Assembly (NCBI RefSeq): GCF_964204645.1
Contig: NC_134025.1
Coordinates: forward strand, 5,766,001 to 5,830,000
Source of the DNA: Tubulanus polymorphus
Lineage: Eukaryota > Animalia > Nemertea
Direction: 5' to 3'
DNA: 64,000 bases
Of the stretch, positions 24,001-34,283 are shown one piece after another. A program made the position numbers and the translations under genes. Position 1 is the first letter of the stretch. Each line of letters opens with the position of its first letter. Under the pieces are notes generated by a model. That model saw only the letters and a list, made by a program, of their open reading frames with translations, was not told the origin of the DNA and did no database searches.

Positions 24001-27000
24001 TCCCTGTAATGAATATACTGATCACATATTTCTATCAGGAAAATTCTCCAATTAATAGACTTCGGTTTCATCCCTCGGTAGACCCTCTTTAGAGATACTA
24101 TCGGGATAATAGAATAAATTCTTACTTTTTCGCATACCTTTCTGATTTATCATTAATATTTCATATCGATTCATCAATTCATAGGAGCATTTCATAAAGT
24201 ATTCATTCAATAATCATTGAAACAATTAAAAACAGTCATTTTTTCAACTCCTTGAAGCAGTTCCAGTATTAGATAGAAATTACAGTGTATTTTAAGGGTT
24301 TTAACTGTGTCCTGACTTGCATATATATCTACTTTATGAACCGCCCTTATGAAATAATCACTTGCTGACTATGGCAAAAAAATACTCCTACCTCATGAAC
24401 AAGGAAACTAGATATTTTATTGGTTATCTGATTAGGGTATTTTTCGATCAATGCTTCACGAATTATCTACTTATTACGGATTATCTCTCGGTATTTCCTC
24501 AGTGGTTGCTATGGTTACAGTAATCATCACATCTTTTTGAATCACATTCAATTAATTCACAAGTAATACTCAAGCTTTTCATCCGGTATATACTATATCG
24601 AAAATCCTTCTGATTTTTTCATTTGTTTAAAGTTAGCTTTAATGATTGGATTGGTGTTCAACATTTCATTGGTAAGAAGCCAATTGTGTGGAAATTTTCA
24701 ATGTGAAAGGCTATAAATTTAAACATGCCATTTCGTTTGTTACCAATTTTATACTATCTTTTCTCTCTCAAAGTCGTGAAACTTGTCGTAACTTTCATTT
24801 TTATGGGAACAATCTATGTTATTTTATATCTGCTATTCTCCAAAACAAGATTTATTTCAAGTGCATGTTTGCTATATTTCTCTCTCTCTATATATATATA
24901 TATATACTATATTACTGGTAGTACATTATGTGGATTAGTTTCCAAGTGTCACACGTGCTGTTTTTTCATGTTTTTTCTTCACTTCTCTTTTTACTCTTCA
25001 GTCCTCTCGTACTTTAAATCCGAAATAATTGAGTTTTTAAGCATTTGATTTTAGTACGAAAGGTCTGAATGTGTTGCGTCAAGTCATGCTTTATATGTTT
25101 GCGTCGACGCTAATAGCGTTTGCTTCACAATTATCCCCATTAGATTCTGAGTCCAGTGATAGTTCATCTCCACCACGGTCTCCAACGAAAATGCAGCCAA
25201 AGTTCCCAGTGGCTAAAGCAGTCAAAGAGGAGGTTCAGTGTGAGTAGTTTAAGATGGGTGAAATGAAATGCTGTTCAGTTTGAGAACTTGCTCCAGATTT
25301 GTCCGAATAAATGATAGAATAGAACTTATATCTATGTAACTCTATTTTGCGCACTTCTTAAAAAACTGTACTTCTCTACCTTGTTCTATTATTGAGTGTA
25401 CCTTTCACAGTTTATTTGTTTCGCTATTTATAACTGTTATATTATCTTCTCTGTTGTACTGATCTTTCCCTCAATTTAAAACTATATCCCGGTACTACAT
25501 GTATATGTAATTGTCCCTGCCGGTAAATATTTTTATCTTTTCTATACAATCAACCCCTGGCAAGTGAGATTTGTAAACGCTGCATGATGCGAATTCCTCA
25601 TATACCATATACATGCTTGTTTGATCCTTAATTTGTATGATATCTATTTGATATTTACCAGTATATGAATAATACCGGTAACTGAATTGGAAAATTAATT
25701 TGGGATAGTTGTTTAAAGATTAAATGTATTATTAAATCAAGGATAACAATGACAATTGATATTCTTTCATAGGGCAGCTCTAAGGGTAATGACTGCCCTT
25801 TTAGAAGGATCATTGATTCCTAGATCAAAACAACATAAACTTCATAAAAAGAAAAGAAAAATTATTGATTTAGAAAATAAAGTGTTTTCCTGAAATTGAA
25901 GATGGTTTTACGCATATTTCAGTAAAAAAAGCCACACCAGTGAAAGCAACAGTGCCAGTTGAACAACAGACCAATGGTCAAACACAAAAACCATCAGAAG
26001 AGAGTGCGCAAGTTGAAGTACTGAATATAGATGATGAATCCATCAAGTCATTCTTTAAAACTGCTGAAAACTCCAAAAATGAGAAAGTGGATGTCGATGA
26101 AGAAGCATTTGATGATTTGTTCTTCCAATCGGAAGATTTGTAAGTCCTCCTGAACATTGATGATCTGAACAGACAACTACAAAATTAGAACAAATTCTGT
26201 ATCAGTTAGTTTCTGATTGATTTTTAGTTTAACACCAGCAAAGAAGATCAAGCCAAAACGTACTCGTGCTACAACAAGAAATCCCCTTCGTCAGTTGCAG
26301 AACAGGACAGATATTCAACAAGGCTATACTGAAGTCAAAACAGATATAGCAGAAAAAGAGCTGAAGAGAGTCAATAAGGAGAAAGGTATAACTATCTGCA
26401 TTCAATTTGTCTGAAGCCAGTTTTATAGACTCGGTATTAGCTTATCCTAAGATTGCTATAAACCTTTAACTTGGTAGCTAAGTAATCTATTAACTGATAT
26501 ACAAAGATGTTCCCTATCCCAGGTTAAAGTCTTAAAGTCCCTATCCCAAGTTAAAGTTGACTTAATAAAACTAGGACTAGGAGTGTCAGTACGATAGTGT
26601 GGTGATGTATGAATTTCTCATTCTAGTTGCGTCTAATGCTGGTCTGGCTGAATCAGCATTAGCGGGTCTCGCATCAAATGAGAGCTTTTCGAAGGTAGCA
26701 TTGCGTAAAGTCACAGCTGAAAGTGCCACACCGGGGAAAACAGTCGGAGGATTAAATCTCGAACCGTTCAAAGACATAATGCTTATTCACGTCAAAGGTC
26801 GCGCTAAAATTCAAACACGTCTGGTTGAACCGAAAGCTTACTCTTTGAATAGTGGCGATTGTTTCGTTCTGATCACACCTGACAAAGTTTTCCTATGGAT
26901 CGGAGAATTTAGCAACGTCATTGAAAAAGTCAAAGTAAGTATATATTTGAGTTGCGTCTCATCTCAGCTGATACGGGTTGTCATTCAGCCAGATATGTTC

Positions 27001-30000
27001 ATGAAGAGGTATTTTCTTTGTAGTCAAAAGAGGTTGCTGCAACTGTTTCTGAGAAGAAGGAACTTGGATTCAAGAGTGGAAAACCTTTAATTGAAATCAA
27101 TGAAAGGAAACAAGATAACTTTCCTGAATTTTGGGAGGCTTTAGGTGGCAAAGGGAAATATGCAGGTACGTTCTGTTTATTGTTTGAGAGTCTTTGATGA
27201 TGTTGTTCTTGAAGCACTGCTCAGTATAAACTTTGATTGATGTTAGAATCTGGTCCACCACAAGAGGATAGCCTTTACGAAGAGATGATCATGGAAACGA
27301 ATATAGTTTATAAAGTGGCTGATTCTGAGCTAATACCATGTGAAGAATACTGGGGTAGAGCGCTAAAACATGACATGCTGCAAAGCAAAGAGGTACCGTT
27401 GAGTATTTAATCCATTATTCGATATCAAAAATAATCTTGGTTCACGTGGAAAATGACAAAAATGATCTTTTATAATTGCAGGCTTATGTGTTTGATTTCG
27501 GTTCAGAGGTATACATATGGCAAGGTCGCCAAGTGTCCCCTGAAACGCGTAAAGATGCTGTTAGACTTGCCAAAACTTTGTTTGATTTAGAGTATGATTA
27601 TTCCGACACTGAAATCAACCCTATTTCTCCACTAAAAGGTAAAAAAAGTAGCGAAGACAGCAGAAAATCATATGCTTTGAGAGTATTTGTTGGATTTGTG
27701 TATTTTATAATCTGATGTTGTTGTATTAGACGATGACGATGAAGATGGAGGTGTACCTCGTACGGGTCAGCGTCCGGCGTGGACTCTATTCGGTAAACTT
27801 AGTGAACGAATGGAAACAGTATTATTCAGAGAGAAATTCATCGATTGGCCTGATACTTCAAAAATCATCAAGGTGAAATCAACCGATGACTCACAGAACA
27901 AGAGAGCGCGATCAGAAAATCTAAAAGCATTCGACGTTCAGAAGATGATTCCATTGCCCACTGAGCCCGTCAACTTAAAGTTCGAAGGAAGCAATGTAGG
28001 CCGTGGAAAGAAATGGTAAATCAAAATCTTTTTTGGTCAGAACTTGAATTTGTCACTTAGAATGATCGCTGATATCGAATCGCATTTTTTTCTAGGATGG
28101 AGAATCTCGATGGTTTAAAAAGAGAGTTTGATGTTACTACGATAAAGATTACGTGCTGGCACGTTATGGAATTTGATCATTATCAGATGCCGAAAGAGAG
28201 CTACGGACAATTTCACGATGGCGATACGTACGTCATTAGATGGATCTATCTTATTACTGCTGCAGGTATGTTAAAGCCTAATCATAAAAGTGTTCTGATT
28301 TTTCGAGTAGATTTTCACCCCTCAAATTTAACTTTAGGTTTAAAGAGTCTGAAGGGTCATGCCGCTCGTCATTCAGTGACCGGTCGCGAGCGATGCGCGT
28401 ATTTCTTCTGGCAGGGACGTTTCTCAACGGTCAATGAGAAAGGGGCGTCTGCTCTCATGACCGTTGAACTCGACGAAGAACGAGGTCCTCACATGCGGGT
28501 GGAACAAGGCAAGGAACCGGCTTGTTTCACAAATTTCTTTGATGGATCTATGATTGTTCATATCGGTAAACGCGAAGACGAGTCGACGAACACTCAAGGT
28601 GACTGGCGATTGTATCTATTATGTAATGAAATGGATAGCGAATCTTACCTACTCGAAGTTCCGTGCGTTATGGAAAGTTTGCGCAGTCGATCGTCGTTGG
28701 TCGTCGTCAATGTTAAAACAGGCGCGTGTTTGATTTGGCATGGCTGCAAATCGCCAGAAAACACGCGTGAAGTTACGCGAAATAGTTGTAAAAACTTACA
28801 AAAACATTGTCCCATGGAGGTAGGCTTACAAGACGGGGTCGATATCGTGATAACAGAGTTAATCGAAGGACATGAGAACGACGATTTCTGGCTCGCTATG
28901 GAGGTAGATGGTAAACTGCTGGATAGAAAGGAAAAATATGATTGTTTACTCAAAGGTTAGCAGAATGTTAGATTTCTAATATGTGAGCTGCATTTCACAA
29001 GAAATCGATCACTGAATATTGTTGATATTTTCTCTCTTGCAGACAGCAAACATTCCTTTGACCACACGTTTCGGCTATTTTACATGACCAGTGTAGCTGG
29101 CCGATTTGAAGCTCAGGAAGTATTGAATCCTGCCCGTAGTGAACACACTTGTCCATTCCCGTTTATACAAGACCACCTGTATAAAGTGTCACAGCCAGGT
29201 AAGTACAAGTTTTTTAATCATCCACATTATCAAAACGCTGATTCAGACACAACGCATCTTCACTATCACATTGTAGCTTTATTCATGCTGGACAATAACT
29301 ACGAAGTCTTCCTATGGCAAGGCTGGTGGCCTGAGGGTGAGGAGGTTGGTGAGAATGTTACAACAGGCTCAGCAATCGCTCGATTTAATATCGACAGACG
29401 ATGTGCCATGGAAACTGTGATCAACTATTGCAATGGTTAGCATCATCTGATTGAATTATGGTCTTTATTTAACTTAATGTAATCAAGATAATTACAGCTG
29501 ATTGTGTACTGATTCATATTACAGAAAAGTATCCTGAAAATCCGCCAAAGGCATATCTAGTATATGGTGGTGCTGAACCTCTACATTTTACAAATCTCTT
29601 CCCGAGTTGGGAATACGATGATATAGCAATGCAACAAAGTGAAAAGGTAATCTAGCAAAGTTTAATATCTTGGAACCTTTGAAATATGCATGACTATGTC
29701 ATAAACAATATATCAACTTAAACATGTTTACATCTGTTTGATGAAATTTAAGAAGTTGATGTCAAATATTATAGGATGGACGAAAACAAGGCTACAAGGC
29801 TTTGGTGTCTAAGGTGCTAGCACGTTTATCCTGTAATAGATACTCCCTTTCTGAGCTACAAGATCCAAATGAATTACCCGAGGGCGTTGATCCTGGTAAA
29901 CTAGAATCATACTTACATGACGAAGAATTCGAGGTAATGAAACGCCCATTTCCATTCTTCACTATCGTTATTTCACTGATGTATCTTACATAGCGATTTA

Positions 30001-30107
30001 AAAATACCATACTTTTGCAGGATCTTTTTGGCATGACTCGATCTGAGTTCTATGAACTACCGACGTGGAAACAAACGAAGCTGAAGAAAGAAACTGGAAT
30101 GTTCTAA
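2..30107 (+). CDS. SVIL: Supervillin (villin/gelsolin family), multi-exon, 5' end outside window
   Basis: Phase-consistent GT-AG exon chain read by hand: <2-549, 3133-3440, 6491-6648, 6968-7024, 7105-8768, 8895-9041, 9128-10213, 17721-17850, 18779-19007, 19387-19649, 22726-22931, 23347-23564, 23651-23734, 25144-25239, 25923-26139, 26228-26385, 26627-26934, 27024-27165, 27247-27392, 27482-27638, 27730-28015, 28096-28265, 28338-28955, 29043-29198, 29277-29435, 29525-29646, 29775-29933, 30021-30107. Supervillin hallmarks: [40 protein letters not shown], gelsolin repeats ([36 protein letters not shown]) and a C-terminal headpiece. Confidence 0.93.
1247..1292 (-). ncRNA. Minimal hammerhead ribozyme motif, inverted copy
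   Basis: Exact reverse complement of 1909-1954. Confidence 0.72.
1909..1954 (+). ncRNA. Minimal type I hammerhead ribozyme motif (PLE-type)
   Basis: TTATTC (stem I) - CTGAAGA (CUGANGA core) - T - GACTAT/taggat/ATAGTC (stem II) - GAAAC - GTT (NUH) - GAATAA (stem I'). Helix III is reduced to the palindrome AACGTT. Confidence 0.72.
12084..12532. mobile_element. PIF/Harbinger (Tourist-like) MITE
   Basis: 26-bp TIRs GGGAGCGTTCAYAAATTACGTACCTC (12084-12109 and 12507-12532, one mismatch), TTA target-site duplication (12081-12083, 12533-12535), 449 bp, non-coding, with internal G-runs and repeated TGGTAC motifs. Confidence 0.85.
14524..17850 (+). CDS. SVIL: Large alternative first coding exon of supervillin (S/P/Y/Q-rich, disordered), lying within the main-isoform intron
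   Basis: Uninterrupted 1114-codon ORF with a good start context (ACAATGG). It ends at donor CAG|GTTAGT 17850, in phase with exon 18779 (RFSTQ|PITYDEV). A candidate upstream acceptor at 14167 gives a non-coding leader. Confidence 0.75.
17653..17706 (+). repeat. (GAT/GAC)n repeat encoding poly-Asp
   Basis: Direct reading gives [18 protein letters not shown] in the 14524 ORF. Confidence 0.9.
23040..23175 (+). mobile_element. Degenerate tRNA-derived SINE
   Basis: Pol III B-box-like GGATTCGAACCC at 23093-23104, followed by GTGTCCCTGGGCTAGACACT and CTCTCTTCACCCA, which are typical SINE body motifs. No complete cloverleaf. Boundaries are approximate. Confidence 0.55.
26627..29646 (+). CDS. SVIL: Supervillin gelsolin-like repeat region (exons)
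   Basis: Motifs [106 protein letters not shown] and [14 protein letters not shown]. Confidence 0.93.
29775..30107 (+). CDS. SVIL: Villin headpiece domain, last two supervillin exons
   Basis: [20 protein letters not shown]|[28 protein letters not shown]-stop (TAA 30105-30107) matches the VHP consensus. Confidence 0.95.
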
Positions 30108-31253
30108 TCCGTGTACATGACATCTGCATTTAAGTAACCAAGAAAACAATGCCTACTTGGTGATTTCGGTGACTGAGACGACAATCGAGACGTTCAACGT
30201 TGTCATCTGTCCATGTTTTTAAGGCCTACAAAATATGATCATATTATTATGTGCTTTATAGGTTCCATCAATATCATATCGAAATGAGAATTTCTTCAAT
30301 CAAGCGATGAATGTCATATCAAGAACTTTTTGAAAATGATTCGAACTGTTCTGCTTGCTAAAAGTGTCCACTCCTGAAGTTTGTGTCAAACTAGTGGCTT
30401 GTTGGATGCATTTGACTCTCACAATCTTCATGTTGTATTTTCGGTGCTATCAACCTATCATAAGCTTGGCAGCTTTTTCTACCCAAACTTAAGCTTCTAT
30501 CTATTTCTCTGCATCTTATGGTGTGAAAACGTAGGCTGTAATGATAAAAAACGAAATGTCACAATTTTAGTTCAGAATTTTTTTCAAATTTCATCCAAGA
30601 GTGCAATAGGCATCAAATCTGATCTGTGTGGTCAATAATTCTAAACATAAACAAGTAGAACTTGTGTGACAAAAAGACTATGGATACATCGTGCACCTGA
30701 TGCATCGATGATTATCAGAAGTTTACTGTATTAAGACTAAGACTCACATTTTGTGAAATGAGAAGCTATTAGTTTTCTAATGCTCTGGATATTGCTGCAC
30801 ATTCCTATCTTGTGGCTTAGTTCAGTTCACTCATTAATCAAAAAGGAATTTATAAACAAAGATATTGTGGCTATTCTAGATTTGAAATTTTAGGACCCAA
30901 GGGGTTTATGTTTAGTATGTGTGCTGGAGGGTATTTTTATTGATGTGTGAATGTTAAATATGTTTATAATAGTACTTTTTCTTTTTTCCCGATATTTATC
31001 AAGTTGGTAACAAGTACTTTTAGTCGGAAGCAGATTTGGTCGGCCATATTTTATATATTCTTCTAGTCCAATATTTGAATTCATTTGGGTAATAACTTTC
31101 TTAAACTTGTTTCGATCAAAGTGTATATAAAAGCTTCATAAATTGTTCGATTCAAATATACCATTGATTAATTTTTGCTATTTTGTTACTTAACATGATT
31201 AATTTTTGTTTTCTCTTATTTAATTACGATGTGAATATTTGGGTTTGATATAT

Positions 31254-31296
31254 AATTATTATTATTATTATTATTAATATTATTACTTATCATTAT
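31254..31296. repeat. (ATT)n microsatellite in supervillin 3'UTR
   Basis: Direct reading: aattattattattattattattaatattattacttatcattat. Confidence 0.7.
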
Positions 31297-31803
31297 ACCT
31301 GTTAACTACAGATAATTATTTGTATTTGAGGATGAAAATTTAATTGAAATATCCTCATTGTTTTGAAAATGCGCTTTTCATAGAAATCATCTGATTAAGT
31401 GGACAAATACGCTATTCCATATATATTGTGATAAAAACTCCAGTAGCAATGTGTTATCCCTTGTTCTTCATTCGAGAATGTTGAGTCAGTTTGTTAATGT
31501 TTTCAAAAAAATATTGTTTTTTTCTCCTTTAAAACATTTAAATTATGATAAAGGACGACTGTCAACCCCTCTTCTCCCACATGCCCTTGGTAAATTTAGT
31601 CTTTTTGAGACATGAGTACTGATCTGAACGGGCTGGACTTTATCATTATTATTTGTTGGTTACCTGATACACTATTCAGAGATGGATGAATCCTTCAAAA
31701 TGTGATGCATATAATATATGATGATTAATGCTGTGTTGTTGAATGTATATAACTTGTAATTTAATTGCTTTGTACAGATCTATGAGATTGATATATGCGG
31801 GTT

Positions 31804-31809
31804 AATAAA
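31804..31809 (+). promoter_or_regulatory. Candidate polyadenylation signal of supervillin (~1.7 kb 3'UTR)
   Basis: AATAAA at the end of an AU-rich 3'UTR-like region, followed by a GT/T-rich downstream tract. Confidence 0.55.
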
Positions 31810-33138
31810 TTGCTGAACTTGCTTGTGTAAATCTATCTGTCGTCTTCTTTTGTTATTGTATCACTGACTTCCTAGATGAATATGGCATTCGACGATGATC
31901 ACTAGAGCCCTTTGCGGATGTATCTCGACCCCAAACCGTAGTGTCCCGTCCATCATCATTTATGGACAATACACTAGATGGCGAACCAACTTAATATGCT
32001 ATAGATTCTTCCTTTGGCGTGCCATAGTAAAATACCGAAGTGATGTCAGATCTGGGCAATTGGAGTGCAATATGCGTGGGAAGAACTCAATGGATTTCTA
32101 GTCGATCGCCTTCACCCGTCGGCCACGACAACTTGTGAATAGTTACGAAACTCGATAGCGTCACATAACGCGCCGCCGAAATATAACTTCTTTATTACGT
32201 ACAATGGACAAAATGTGGCGCCTAATTACAATAAACTATGATGCTTCATTCAATGAAATTATTCTCTCAATTGACAAAAGCCACTTTCGAATAGAAATGA
32301 TTCTTTTGTCATATATTTTTCATTTTGGTTAAAATTCGCGTGTATGTCAGGTTTAAAGAAACATGATGAACTGTTTGTTACGAGTCTGTATGGGCGCAAT
32401 TCACTATTTTTCTGCACCAAAAGTGCCGGATTAGTGTTTACTTTTGCTTAAGCTTTAACTACAGTCACCAAACCATATCATAGATGAATTGAAAAGCAGT
32501 TCTTTTTCATTTTGGGCCGGGTATCGTTCCAATGCTAATAATTGTCAAAAGGGAGATGTTTGACTCTCCAGAGGATTTTCAGCTGAATAAGGCACATCCG
32601 CAATAGCAGTCGCAAGGCCGACATACTCCCAGGTTGTTTCCATCAAACCACATCGAAAAGAATGATTTTGATATTGAAACCCCAGTTTTATATTACAACA
32701 TTATGTATTATTTGTCATAGACATTGTTGCAATTCATTTCTGAAATAAAAAGTTATAAATAATATAGCATCTAAACCACATTCAAAATTGGAACAATGAT
32801 CGATTGGAAAATTCTGGATTGTTTTTAGTTTAAGTTAGTCATCGTCAGATCATTTACAAAAGAATTTGTTGAAACCCGAGCGTTTTGCTTTTCTGTGATC
32901 GAAGTCAAATATTGACAATTGTTCTTCTTATAGAATCTAACTTGTATCTTCTTGTAGAATATAACTTCGTACGGGTTTTTCTTGAGTCCAAATTTTTTTT
33001 CATTTCAATGGTGCACCAATTTTTACAGATTATTTTGGGAATGACACACGGACATGAAATTATGTTTTTCTGAAAAAGCACTTACTACGTTTACTACGAT
33101 CTGGAGCCGTGCCAATATTTCGAAAATCCCGCTTTATG

Positions 33139-33245
33139 ATTGGGCGCTTCTAGGTCAACGTCATTCCCGCGTAATCAATGAATGGGCGCGTTCTACGCCT
33201 TTATTGGCTAGTTGCAATCACGTGGGTTCTGTATACAAACATGGC
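33139..33245 (+). promoter_or_regulatory. Proximal promoter of the zinc-finger gene
   Basis: Locally CpG-rich. Two inverted CCAAT boxes (ATTGG 33139-33143, 33203-33207), an E-box CACGTG (33219-33224) and a YY1-like AAACATGGC (33237-33245) lie just upstream of ATG 33303. Confidence 0.5.
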
Positions 33246-33302
33246 CATTCATCGTGCGTACTCTAGAAACACGGAAAAAGTGCACTGAAAATACGTCAAA
33301 TA

Positions 33303-34283
33303 ATGACCATGGCGTTGAGTAATTTCAGCGCTAGCGATGTTGATGCAGATCTCAGAAGACCGAAGCGTTTGCCCGTTAAGAGATCGACGATTTTCCAAGC
33401 CGATTTCACGAACAACGAGACGTTAGATTTGGATGGAATAGTGAAGTTGTTGCAAGCGTATGGTAATTACGACGTTGGTGGAATAAATTGTAGAATATGC
33501 GGTAAGCATTGATTGTAGTGATCAATACTGGTTTGTGCAGGTGCTGCTGTACTGGATACGTGCACTACTTCCACAACATTGGAGTGTAATTTTTAAAAGA
33601 TTTTAAAAATCTACTTTTTAAAGGTGGATTTTCCTTGATACGCTAGTTAGAGCAAGATGTATCGATTAAAAGAACATCTCTTTATCCCTTCTCAGAAGAT
33701 GTAGGGCAGAATTTTTATCTTGTTGCATACGTCACAAGCATATATAATCTGTTGATCACTTTGAACTCGCTCTAGAAACTAGCTTCTAACTGGGTGATAT
33801 TTCGTACAATTGTAGCTGTCTTTTGAACACCAAAATTAATCCATATTCTATATTACGAAATCGTTCTATTGCCTTGCTCTAGATATATGACCTTGAACGC
33901 TATGTTTTTCTTATGGTTTATGATAGTCGGCACGTATGGTTTTTCACTTTTCAGGTAAACTGTATAAAAGTAAAGTGTGTTATGTGAAACATCTTTGGGA
34001 ACACAGTATTTATTGGAAATCATTTGAAGGAGAGACCAATCACACAAGAGTTCTGTCGATTCAGGCTGCTTTAATTCTGTACAATAGGAACAACAACTGT
34101 CATCATACCAGTAATCCTATCGATCATGATCTCCTTAATCTGTTAGTTACTGCACCTCAAGATAAAAAGAAGGATTCTCAAGAATTTCATCAGCACCAGC
34201 TTCATAGCCGAAATCTTCGCAAATCACCGTATAAACGTAAAAAATCCAGCTCTTTATCTGAACCAGATATGCGTTCTTCATAA
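33303..34283 (+). CDS. Small single-C2H2 zinc-finger protein (~175 aa), two exons 33303-33501 and 33955-34283
   Basis: A phase-1 intron (G|GTAAGC ... TTTCAG|GT) joins CRICG|KLYKSKVCYVKHLWEH, a C-x2-C-x12-H-x3-H finger. The C-terminus has a basic NLS-like stretch, RKSPYKRKK. Confidence 0.82.

Noticed and set aside
28266-29276. Two stop-free, in-frame introns (28266-28337, 72 nt; 29199-29276, 78 nt) read through by the ORF track
   Set aside because: They have canonical splice sites and interrupt conserved gelsolin sequence. With dozens of ~80-nt introns, some will be open by chance.
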